NCBI GenBank assembly: GCA_050053635.1
Contig: JASFTI010000002.1
Span: 1-40,261 of the forward strand
DNA length: 40,261 nucleotides
Source of the DNA: Gemmatimonadales bacterium
Lineage (GTDB): Bacteria > Gemmatimonadota > Gemmatimonadetes > Palauibacterales > KS3-K002
Direction: 5' to 3'
Part shown: piece after piece, positions 31,854 to 39,087 of the stretch
Layout: every line of letters starts with the position of its first letter
Numbering within the stretch: position 1 is the stretch's first letter
Made by a program: the position numbers and the translations under genes
The notes under the pieces: model-generated
The model's input: the letters and a program-made list of their open reading frames with translations, nothing else
Databases searched by the model: none
What the model was told of the DNA's origin: nothing

Positions 31854-32116
31854 GAGTGCTATCAAGCCTCAGCGACGGCGTGCACATCGGGGTCTCGGAG
31901 ACTCCCGAGGGCGAGTTCACGGTCGAGACCTACCAGACCCACACCCAGACATCTGAGACCTATGGTACGCAGCGCCAGCGCCAGTGCGTCGTCGAGACCT
32001 TCGCATCGGCGAGCGCGGCTCTGGCCCGGGTCGAGGAGCTGCGAGCTCGCGCGTACTGGGTGCACCCGTGGGTGGTCGCGGAGCTGCGGCGCATGGCCGC
32101 GAAGGAGGAGGCTTGA
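31850..32116 (+). CDS. Hypothetical protein
   Basis: GTGA overlap. An alternative GTG at 31856 has better SD spacing. Confidence 0.3.
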   Translation: MRVLSSLSDGVHIGVSETPEGEFTVETYQTHTQTSETYGTQRQRQCVVETFASASAALARVEELRARAYWVHPWVVAELRRMAAKEEA

Positions 32117-32394
32117 GCGCAATCAACGATGCCTGGGAGAGCGGCGTGCGGGCCGCGATCATCCTGGTACTGCAAGAGGCCGAGGGCTACGAGGCTATGA
32201 CGGAGCGGCTGACATCGAGCTGTTCAGAACGCTCGTTGGCCGTCGTCGCCGCAACACAGCGAGCCCTGTGTTGTCGTGCGCTCGTAGAGGATTTGGACAA
32301 GCTCCGGCAGCAGATGATGTCGGATATGTTCCCATGCCAGCAAGACACGCGCTCGACGTGGCGGGTCTCGGACGACGTGCGGAAAGGGAGGTAG
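32113..32394 (+). CDS. Hypothetical protein (93 aa)
   Basis: TTG start in a TTGA overlap, after GGAGGAGG. Confidence 0.3.
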   Translation: MSAINDAWESGVRAAIILVLQEAEGYEAMTERLTSSCSERSLAVVAATQRALCCRALVEDLDKLRQQMMSDMFPCQQDTRSTWRVSDDVRKGR

Positions 32395-32398
32395 GACG

Positions 32399-32788
32399 GT
32401 GGGCAACAAGTGTACAGACGAGTGGTGCTGGTGGCGCGTGGGCGAGCCATCGGACACGGCCGAGGGGCCGTTCGCGACCCGCGAGGACGCGCTCGGGATG
32501 GCCCTCGATTACCTCGAGGAGGCGATGATCGCGCCGGTCCTCTACGTGGACCCCACGAGCTACGTCATCACCGGGGCTTGGCTTGAGGATCTGTTCGACC
32601 GCATCGACTGGGACTATTCGTCCGCGGACGACGACGCCCTTTACGTCCGCGGCTCCAGCGAGGAGCAGGTCCGCTGGCTCGCGGAGCTCCAGGAGCTGCT
32701 CTGCGACTGGGTGCGCGAGCACGTCGGGTGTCAGATCTGGTACCCGGCCGAGACGCGCGCAGAGCGGGTGAGGAGGGATGAGCCGTGA
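32399..32788 (+). CDS. Hypothetical acidic protein (129 aa)
   Basis: SD GGGAGG plus GTG start. Confidence 0.4.
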   Translation: MGNKCTDEWCWWRVGEPSDTAEGPFATREDALGMALDYLEEAMIAPVLYVDPTSYVITGAWLEDLFDRIDWDYSSADDDALYVRGSSEEQVRWLAELQELLCDWVREHVGCQIWYPAETRAERVRRDEP

Positions 32789-33741
32789 CCCCGCTCATCT
32801 TTTACCATCGCGACCAGGACGGCGCCTGCGCCGCCTGGTGCGTGCTCCAACGCTACCCCGACGCGGAGTGCGTCTCGGTGCAGTACGGTGACCCCGTGCC
32901 GCTGGAGCTGGCCGGGGGGCGCGCCGTGTGGGTGGTCGACTTCTCGTGGCCGTCAGACGAGCTGCGCGCGCTCGGCGAGGTAGCCGACGGGCTGACAGTG
33001 ATCGACCACCACCGGACATCTGAGGTCTGGCTCTACGGCTGGATATCTGGGATCTCGCCAGGGCGAGGTGTCCTCACTGGGTCGAGAGCATTCGACCTGT
33101 GGGCGCTGGAGGGTGAGTATCGCGCCGTGTGGGACCCAGACCGTTCGGGCTGCGGCCTGACGTGGGACACGCTGTTCCCCGGCCAGCCCCGGCCGTGGTT
33201 CGTCGACTACGTCGAGGACCGGGATCTATGGCGCTGGGCGCTGCCGGACTCCCGCGCCGTCAACGCCTACCTCGGGACGCTGGAGAGTGGGCCGAGGCGG
33301 TTCGATAAGCTCGATGTGTCATTCGATGGCCACCTAATAGAGGCCGGCGAGGCCGTCCTCCGCTACCAAGCAAGGCTCGTCGACGCCATCTGCGAGCACG
33401 CGCGGGAGGAACGGCTTCCGTTGCCGCCGCACGCGCGGCCGGGGGATTGGGCGAGGCTTCGACGGCCGCGCGTCCCCACGGTACACAGCCACGTTCTCTG
33501 CTCCGAGGTCGGCAACCAGCTCGCCTCGGAGCCGGGCGTCCCCTTCGCGGTCGTCGTCGAGGACTGCGCAGACGGGAGCGTCTACCATCTGCGGAGCGTG
33601 CCGTGTGAGGCGTGCGTCACAGAGCCGGTCAATGAGCCTTGCCGCGCGGAGCGCTGCATCTGCGTGGACGTCTCCCAGATCGCCGAGGCGTACGGCGGCG
33701 GCGGGCACCGACACGCCGCGGGGTTCGAGGTGAAGCCGTGA
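32785..33741 (+). CDS. DHH/DHHA1-family phosphoesterase (NrnA/RecJ-core-like)
   Basis: Motifs YHRDQDGACAAW, VIDHHRT (DHH) and AYGGGGHRHAAGF (the GGGH of DHHA1). 318 aa, the size of standalone NrnA-type enzymes. Confidence 0.8.
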   Translation: MTPLIFYHRDQDGACAAWCVLQRYPDAECVSVQYGDPVPLELAGGRAVWVVDFSWPSDELRALGEVADGLTVIDHHRTSEVWLYGWISGISPGRGVLTGSRAFDLWALEGEYRAVWDPDRSGCGLTWDTLFPGQPRPWFVDYVEDRDLWRWALPDSRAVNAYLGTLESGPRRFDKLDVSFDGHLIEAGEAVLRYQARLVDAICEHAREERLPLPPHARPGDWARLRRPRVPTVHSHVLCSEVGNQLASEPGVPFAVVVEDCADGSVYHLRSVPCEACVTEPVNEPCRAERCICVDVSQIAEAYGGGGHRHAAGFEVKP

Positions 33742-34028
33742 AAAACGAGCAAGCCGGCCCCTGCACAACCTGTCGCTGGGCGTCTGCCTCGATCGACCTA
33801 GACGGCGCTACCGTGTGGTACTGCCACCGGGATGGCAAGTCGGTGGGGCAGGGAGTGACTCAGCAGGCATGCCACGCGCCCCTAACGGAGTTCCCGTTCG
33901 ATGAGGTGCGTGAGTCGCTGCGGCGAGCTGGCGGCGACCCGGACGCCATCGGCGAGCGGGGGCAAGCGCTCGTGGAGCTCCTGGCGAGGCGCCGGACAGG
34001 GTCTCGCCCGAGGGCGACTGAGCCATGA
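33738..34028 (+). CDS. Small Cys/His-rich protein (96 aa)
   Basis: GTGA overlap. CTTC...CH...CH pattern. Confidence 0.35.
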   Translation: MKNEQAGPCTTCRWASASIDLDGATVWYCHRDGKSVGQGVTQQACHAPLTEFPFDEVRESLRRAGGDPDAIGERGQALVELLARRRTGSRPRATEP

Positions 34029-34771
34029 CCCTCGTCCTCTCGCTCTTCCCGGGCATCGGGCTCCTAGACCTCGCCTTCGAGCTCGAGGGCTTCTGCGTCG
34101 TCCGGGGGCCTGACAGCCTCTGGGGCGGCGACGTCCGGACCTTCCACCCGCCGGCTGGCCGCTTCGACGGTGTGATCGGCGGTCCGCCCTGTCAGCGCTG
34201 GTCGCGGCTGGTGAACCTCGTGCGGCACGTCCACGGCGAGGATGCGGTCGCGGAGTGCCTGATCCCCGAGTTCGAGCGGGTCGTTGCGGAAGCTGGCCCT
34301 GAGTGGTGGCTCATGGAGAACGTCCCCGAGGCGCCTGTGCCCGCGATCGACGGCTACGAGGTGCACTCGCTGTTGGTGGACAACCGATGGGTCGACGACG
34401 GGACGGGCATCGGCCAGGAGCAGCAGCGCGTGAGGAGGTGGAGCTTCGGTGACACCTACGGCCGCCGGCTGGACCTCGAGCCCGAGCTCGCCGTGCTCCA
34501 GGCGGCCGGGTACACGCCGACGGTGACGGCCAACGCTACGTCGTGGGTGCGCGTTGGGGGCAGCGGGAAGCCCAAGCCTCGTCGGGGTCGACCAGAGTCA
34601 GCGCGGTCCCGGCAGTACCTGGAGGCCGCCCAGCGAGCTCAGGGGCTGCCCGAGGGCTGGTCGGTCTCGCCCCCGCTCACGGTGAGGGCTGCGGTCGAGG
34701 CGGTGGGCAACGGCGTGCCCATCCCGATGGGCCGGGCGCTGGCCCGGGCGGTGAGGAGGGCTACGGCGTGA
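34025..34771 (+). CDS. DNA (cytosine-5)-methyltransferase
   Basis: Motif I LSLFPGIGLLD, motif IV GGPPCQRWS, motif VI LMENVP, QGLPEGW, motif X GNGVPIP. Compact at 248 aa. Confidence 0.85.
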   Translation: MTLVLSLFPGIGLLDLAFELEGFCVVRGPDSLWGGDVRTFHPPAGRFDGVIGGPPCQRWSRLVNLVRHVHGEDAVAECLIPEFERVVAEAGPEWWLMENVPEAPVPAIDGYEVHSLLVDNRWVDDGTGIGQEQQRVRRWSFGDTYGRRLDLEPELAVLQAAGYTPTVTANATSWVRVGGSGKPKPRRGRPESARSRQYLEAAQRAQGLPEGWSVSPPLTVRAAVEAVGNGVPIPMGRALARAVRRATA

Positions 34772-35016
34772 TTCCTCGCCCGCTCCCGACCGCAGCCGAT
34801 GCCTGGAAGCAGGCCCTTTTTGCGGCACATGATCTCTGCCTGCGACACGTGCGCGAGGAGAACGCCCAGGCGCAGCGCTACGTCGAGAGGGGCGAGCGCC
34901 TCGCCTGCATGCTCGCTGAGGAGCGGGTCAGCGCCTACAGGCTGCTGGCGGACGAGATCCGCGAGCTGCTGGAGGACGACACGATGAACGGAGGTGAAGG
35001 TCGTGACCGTAGATGA
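34768..35016 (+). CDS. Hypothetical protein (82 aa)
   Basis: GTGA overlap with the methyltransferase gene. Confidence 0.3.
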   Translation: MIPRPLPTAADAWKQALFAAHDLCLRHVREENAQAQRYVERGERLACMLAEERVSAYRLLADEIRELLEDDTMNGGEGRDRR

Positions 35017-35260
35017 CAGCGTGACGCACTTGGATCGGGCCCTTCGGCGGCTCGTGGAGCTCGAGGGCTCGTCCGAGAGCTGGCGAGTGGAGCAGCAGCT
35101 CGCGATCGCGAGGCTGTGGCTCGACGTGGTGCAGGGGATGAGGCTGGTCGAGAACTGGAGGAAGTCCGAGACGACGAAGAAGGCCGCCCGGGAGAGGGCG
35201 AAGAGGAAGGCGGACCCGGGGGGCGTGCCACCGATGCCCGTCAGTAGGGATGACCTGTGA
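34994..35260 (+). CDS. Hypothetical protein (about 85-88 aa)
   Basis: GTG at 34994 or 35003, downstream of GGAGG. Confidence 0.3.
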   Translation: MKVVTVDDSVTHLDRALRRLVELEGSSESWRVEQQLAIARLWLDVVQGMRLVENWRKSETTKKAARERAKRKADPGGVPPMPVSRDDL

Positions 35261-35313
35261 TCGTCGCACACAGAGACGGAGACTCGATCGTCGTGTCGTC
35301 CGTTCGATCCCCC

Positions 35314-35343
35314 TTGACACCTCGTAACGAGCCCTGGTACACA
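35314..35343 (+). promoter_or_regulatory. Promoter-like element TTGACA-18 nt-TACACA, 7 nt upstream of the ATG at 35351
   Basis: Shares the extended CTTGACAC box with 30682-30689 and 39854-39861. No SD before the ATG. Confidence 0.45.
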
Positions 35344-35350
35344 GGCGGAC

Positions 35351-35563
35351 ATGGACATCGAGGAACTCATCGCGCGCTTCGGACCGGCCACCGTGTCCCG
35401 GGTCGTGGGCGTCTCACAGGCACTGCTCTCGCTGATCAGTCGAGGCGAGCGGCGAGTCACGCCCCGGCTGATAGCCCGCTTCGAGCTCGCGTACGGCCCC
35501 GCGTACTGCGCAGAGCGTGACATGCGGCGCGCCGTCGACGAGGCGCGGGCGGAGGTGGAGTGA
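35351..35563 (+). CDS. Small HTH DNA-binding protein (70 aa)
   Basis: HTH-like VSRVVGVSQALLSLISRGER. Precedes the initiator gene. Confidence 0.5.
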   Translation: MDIEELIARFGPATVSRVVGVSQALLSLISRGERRVTPRLIARFELAYGPAYCAERDMRRAVDEARAEVE

Positions 35564-37167
35564 TGCCCGGTGGTCGCAAGATGTCCGGCTGGCGCTGGTC
35601 GCCGATCCCCCGGCGTCTCCTGGACGATCAACTCTATCTGGAGCTGCCAGAGAGCGCTAGGCTGCTCCTCTACGCTCTGTACCACGTCTGCGACCGCAAC
35701 GGCCGCTTCGCCGCCTCCGAGATGTCGCTCCGGAGAGAGACCTGGCTCACATCAGAGACCGTCCGGATGCTGTCCCGCTTGGAGGCGGACGGCTTCCTGA
35801 TGCTGTACGGACGTCATCCGGACGTCATCCGGACGTCATCCGGACGTCATCCGGATAGCGGCCTGAGACTGTACGGACAGCTCGCGGACTACGCCACGGA
35901 CGCTCCGGGCGAGTGGATCCGCAAGTGCAAGGACGACCGCTTCCCAGGCCCTCCTGACGACTCATCCGGACGTCATCCGGACGTCATCCGGACGTCATCC
36001 GGACAGCATCCGGACGCTGTCCCACCTAGACTAGACGAGACTAGACAAGACGAGACCCGGAACTCTCTCTCCTCCTGCACTGGATCTCGACGCGCGCACA
36101 CGCGCGAGGCCCCGAGCCCCCTGCCGGCGCCCACAAAAAAACTGGGCTCCACCCCTTTCGACCTCAACAAGCGCCAGCGAGCGATGCTCGAGGCAGGGAT
36201 CGACCCCTCGCAGATCACCTCCTCGGCCACCCCCTCGGCCGAGACCGAGACCCCAGCTCCGCCGCCTGGCGACGAGTCGGGGTCTCACCCTTCACCGAGC
36301 ACCCGAGGACGCGCTGTAGCTGTCGAGCTGGACAGTCCTCCTATCGGCGCGTCCTCTTCTTCTACGCCTCCGGCTCCGACCGCCTACCCGGAGCCAGAGG
36401 GCGGTCCGCAAACGCTGGTTGAGGCTGATTCCGACCCCCTGACCGATGATTCTGTTTCGGTCAGGGGGTCGGCCCCGAGCATCCGAGGACGCGTCGGTGT
36501 CGAGAAAAGTGTGTCAACTTCCTCTGGCGCGCCCTCCCCTTCTACGCCTCCGGCTCCGCTCCCCGAGAGCGACGAACATCCTCCTCCGGAGCCGGAGGCA
36601 CCTTCCACAACCCCCGCCGGACGGTCCGGCGGGGCAGGGCCAGTGGCCCGCTTCTCGGCTGAGGTGCCTCAGTCCGAGCTCGAGGCCGGCGGCGGTCCAT
36701 GCACTCGTTCTGACGTCGCTACGGGCTCGCCGCCGCCGGCCTCCCCACCCAAGCCCGGCCTCCCTCCGACCATCAGCGGCCGCTCGCTCTCATCCTCGGC
36801 CTGGGCCTGGTGCGCTCGTCTCGCTGCACGGCAGCGAGCAAAGGCCCCGGCCCTCTATCACGGCGCAACGGCCGAATCGGTCGCTGCAGAGGTCGGGGAC
36901 ACCCTGGTGCAGCTCCAGCAGCGACCGGGCTTCAGCGAGTGCGCCGAGTCGATGCCCGCAGCCAAGCTCGGCAAGGGCGTGGGCAACGGGCCCATCCGCT
37001 ACCTCGAGGAAATGGTCCGCAACTGGACGCCGCCGCCTGACCCCAAGGACGACGGCTTCTGCCACGACAACATGAGCCGCGAGGAGTACCACGCCATGTA
37101 CGGCGTCTACCCGGATGATGTGTCGCTCGCGCCACCTGACCCCACGCTGGAAGGGCTCTGGACATGA
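35560..37167 (+). CDS. Putative replication initiator / replisome organizer with embedded origin repeats and a long P/S/A-rich linker
   Basis: The N-terminal 85 aa or so is winged-helix-like. Iterons lie inside the gene, as in lambda O. A DnaC-like loader gene follows directly. The C-terminal 110 aa or so is a globular segment. Confidence 0.5.
   Translation: MMPGGRKMSGWRWSPIPRRLLDDQLYLELPESARLLLYALYHVCDRNGRFAASEMSLRRETWLTSETVRMLSRLEADGFLMLYGRHPDVIRTSSGRHPDSGLRLYGQLADYATDAPGEWIRKCKDDRFPGPPDDSSGRHPDVIRTSSGQHPDAVPPRLDETRQDETRNSLSSCTGSRRAHTREAPSPLPAPTKKLGSTPFDLNKRQRAMLEAGIDPSQITSSATPSAETETPAPPPGDESGSHPSPSTRGRAVAVELDSPPIGASSSSTPPAPTAYPEPEGGPQTLVEADSDPLTDDSVSVRGSAPSIRGRVGVEKSVSTSSGAPSPSTPPAPLPESDEHPPPEPEAPSTTPAGRSGGAGPVARFSAEVPQSELEAGGGPCTRSDVATGSPPPASPPKPGLPPTISGRSLSSSAWAWCARLAARQRAKAPALYHGATAESVAAEVGDTLVQLQQRPGFSECAESMPAAKLGKGVGNGPIRYLEEMVRNWTPPPDPKDDGFCHDNMSREEYHAMYGVYPDDVSLAPPDPTLEGLWT
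35809..35852. repeat. Iteron cluster 1: four perfect tandem copies of GGACGTCATCC (11 bp)
   Basis: Read directly from the sequence. Each unit contains the palindrome GACGTC. Confidence 0.95.
35968..36022. repeat. Iteron cluster 2: three perfect plus two degenerate 11-bp units
   Basis: GGACGTCATCC x3, then GGACAGCATCC and GGACGCTGTCC. Confidence 0.95.
36027..36056. repeat. Pentamer tract (NAGAC)x6: TAGAC TAGAC GAGAC TAGAC AAGAC GAGAC
   Basis: Read directly from the sequence. Locally the least G+C-rich stretch, immediately after iteron cluster 2. Confidence 0.9.
36431..36472. repeat. Perfect 16-bp inverted repeat with a 10-nt A+T-rich loop
   Basis: CCGACCCCCTGACCGA (36431-36446), loop TGATTCTGTT, TCGGTCAGGGGGTCGG (36457-36472). 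Confidence 0.95.
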
Positions 37168-38174
37168 GACAGCTCGCCAGCCCGATCACCGACATCCGCG
37201 CCGAGCTCTCGCTAGAGCGCCAGGAGCTCTGCACGCCCCGAGCCATCATGCGCTCTGTCTTCGGCATCGTCCCGGGCGAGTGGGCCTGTCCCTCGTGCGG
37301 GACGGTCTACGAAGAGCACGACTACCCACGCTCTTGGTGCTCCGGCTGTCGGCGGCCCCTCGGCCGTCGTTGCATCCAACCTGGCTGCAACGAGCTCGTC
37401 CAGCCCGTCGACCACGGCGATGGCACATGGTCGGAGCCCACCCCGATCTGCTCCCGATGCGTCGGCAACCAGGAACGGGTCAAGCGCGGCGACATCTGTC
37501 GCCGTGTTCTGCCCGAGCACGCGCAAGCCCTGGCCAAGGACTACTGGACGAAGCCTCATCGTCGCGAACTCGATGCCGCACTCCGCCGCTGGGTCGAGAC
37601 GTGGCAGGAGCCAGAGTGGCGCCCATGGGTCGTGACCTACGGTGACACGGGTTCAGGCAAGACTGTGTCACTCGTTCGGACGGCCGCCGGCGTCTATTTC
37701 GGCCGCCAGTTCGTCTCTTCGCTCTATTACGTCACCGAGGAGGCGTTCCTCCGCGCCTGCTCGCTCGAGTGGCACGATGAGCCCTCACGCCGGGTCATCG
37801 AGTGGACGCACACGGCCGGTCTCCTAGTCCTCGATGAGTGCGGCGCGAAGACCGAGCTGGCCAAGCTCACGGACGCCCAAGCTCGGGAGTACCCCCGGCT
37901 GCTCAAGGCCAGGTCCGACGGCCAGCGCCCGACGCTGATCGGGACCAATCGGCAACCGCCGCTCCTCGAGTGGCTCGAGCCGCATGTCCGGCGCCTCGAA
38001 TCCCGGCTCGCTGAGTGTGCCTGGGTAGTCCGTTGCTCGGGTGTCGACCTCCGACAGCAGAGCGCAGCACCTCCCTGCCCGGCCTGTGACGGGACCGGCA
38101 ACGTCTACGTGCAGACGCACGACGACACCCCTGGAGTGCTAGAGCCTTGCCGCACGTGCTCGGTGCAGCGATGA
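37164..38174 (+). CDS. DnaC/IstB-like AAA+ helicase loader flanked by zinc-ribbon modules
   Basis: Walker A YGDTGSGKT and Walker B LLVLDECG. N-terminal CPSC...CSGC and C..C...CSRC. C-terminal CPACDGTG...CRTC (DnaJ-type CxxCxGxG). ATGA overlap with the initiator gene. Confidence 0.75.
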   Translation: MRQLASPITDIRAELSLERQELCTPRAIMRSVFGIVPGEWACPSCGTVYEEHDYPRSWCSGCRRPLGRRCIQPGCNELVQPVDHGDGTWSEPTPICSRCVGNQERVKRGDICRRVLPEHAQALAKDYWTKPHRRELDAALRRWVETWQEPEWRPWVVTYGDTGSGKTVSLVRTAAGVYFGRQFVSSLYYVTEEAFLRACSLEWHDEPSRRVIEWTHTAGLLVLDECGAKTELAKLTDAQAREYPRLLKARSDGQRPTLIGTNRQPPLLEWLEPHVRRLESRLAECAWVVRCSGVDLRQQSAAPPCPACDGTGNVYVQTHDDTPGVLEPCRTCSVQR

Positions 38175-38368
38175 TCGAGCAGCCCACGTCCGTCGTCGAC
38201 CGAGCCCGGCTCTGCGTGGAGCGCCAGCGCCCGCTACACTGGCAGCGGCTCGCCGAGCTCCTCCGCTACCTCGACGCTCTCGAGCGGGGCTTCATCCTCG
38301 CCTGCGGCCACGGGATGGCTGGCCGCTGGGACACTGAGGCGTCACAGAGGCGCAGGAGAGCGCCATGA
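38171..38368 (+). CDS. Small hypothetical protein (65 aa)
   Basis: ATGA overlaps at both ends. Confidence 0.3.
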   Translation: MIEQPTSVVDRARLCVERQRPLHWQRLAELLRYLDALERGFILACGHGMAGRWDTEASQRRRRAP

Positions 38369-38733
38369 GCCGTAATGACGAGGAGCACGGCCACATGGTG
38401 ACCCTTGCCCAGTGGCTCGACGCCCACCAACTCGTCTGGCTGCACCCGGCGAACGAGGGCATCCGCTCGCCAGCGACAGCCCGTCGCCTCAAGGCCGAGG
38501 GCCTGAAGCCAGGAGCTCCTGACGTGGTAATCCTCTCGCCAGCTCGAGACGGCCGGCCGACCTGCCTCGAGCTCAAGGCGCCCGGATTCACCGGGCCCCG
38601 AGGCAGGCCGACTGACACGCAGCTAGCCTTCCTCGACTTGGCCAGGGGCACATGTAACACCCAAGTCTGCTGGGGCTCAGGCGATGCGATCGACTGGCTC
38701 GAGAGCCTCGGCTACGGGAAGGGCCGATGCTAG
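38365..38733 (+). CDS. VRR-NUC domain nuclease
   Basis: PD-(D/E)xK-type pattern GLKPGAPDVVILSP...CLELKAP...TDTQLAFLDLARGTC. 122 aa. Confidence 0.75.
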   Translation: MSRNDEEHGHMVTLAQWLDAHQLVWLHPANEGIRSPATARRLKAEGLKPGAPDVVILSPARDGRPTCLELKAPGFTGPRGRPTDTQLAFLDLARGTCNTQVCWGSGDAIDWLESLGYGKGRC

Positions 38734-38741
38734 ACGCTAGA

Positions 38742-38773
38742 CGCCTGTCTACTGCTCAACGCCCAGACAGGCG
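38742..38773. repeat. 9-bp inverted repeat at a convergent gene junction (weak bidirectional-terminator candidate)
   Basis: CGCCTGTCT (38742-38750) and AGACAGGCG (38765-38773) with a 14-nt loop. No U tract on either side. Overlaps the 3' end of the minus-strand gene. Confidence 0.25.
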
Positions 38774-39087
38774 CGGCAGGTGACGGGCTCCTCGTCCACG
38801 CGCTGTGCTCGAGCAGTCAATCGACGACCGCATAGGGTGAGCTGGACGATGCTCGTGTCGTCCTGGTAGATGCTACGACCGAGCCCATGCACGGCTTTGG
38901 CACTCGCGCTGAGGCGCCAGTGGGACGAGGGGTCGAGGTCGGGCTGCTCCGCGAGCGAGCTATCTGCTGGTACGTACGCCAGCGATCCAGCGGGGTGGAG
39001 TACCAGCACTCCGCCGGGGACGTGAGCAAAGAAGAGCGGCGCGGCCGTATAGCCGGTCACCTCGGCTGGCTGGAAGTCGAGTTTCAC
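38749..39087 (-). CDS. Hypothetical protein (112 aa)
   Basis: GTGA overlap with the upstream gene. SD GGAGGG. Confidence 0.4.
   Translation of the reverse strand: MKLDFQPAEVTGYTAAPLFFAHVPGGVLVLHPAGSLAYVPADSSLAEQPDLDPSSHWRLSASAKAVHGLGRSIYQDDTSIVQLTLCGRRLTARAQRVDEEPVTCRACLGVEQ

Noticed and set aside
35809-36022. Tandem 11-bp repeats considered as a CRISPR-like array
   Set aside because: The units are contiguous with no spacers, are far shorter than CRISPR repeats and lie inside a coding gene. An iteron interpretation fits better.
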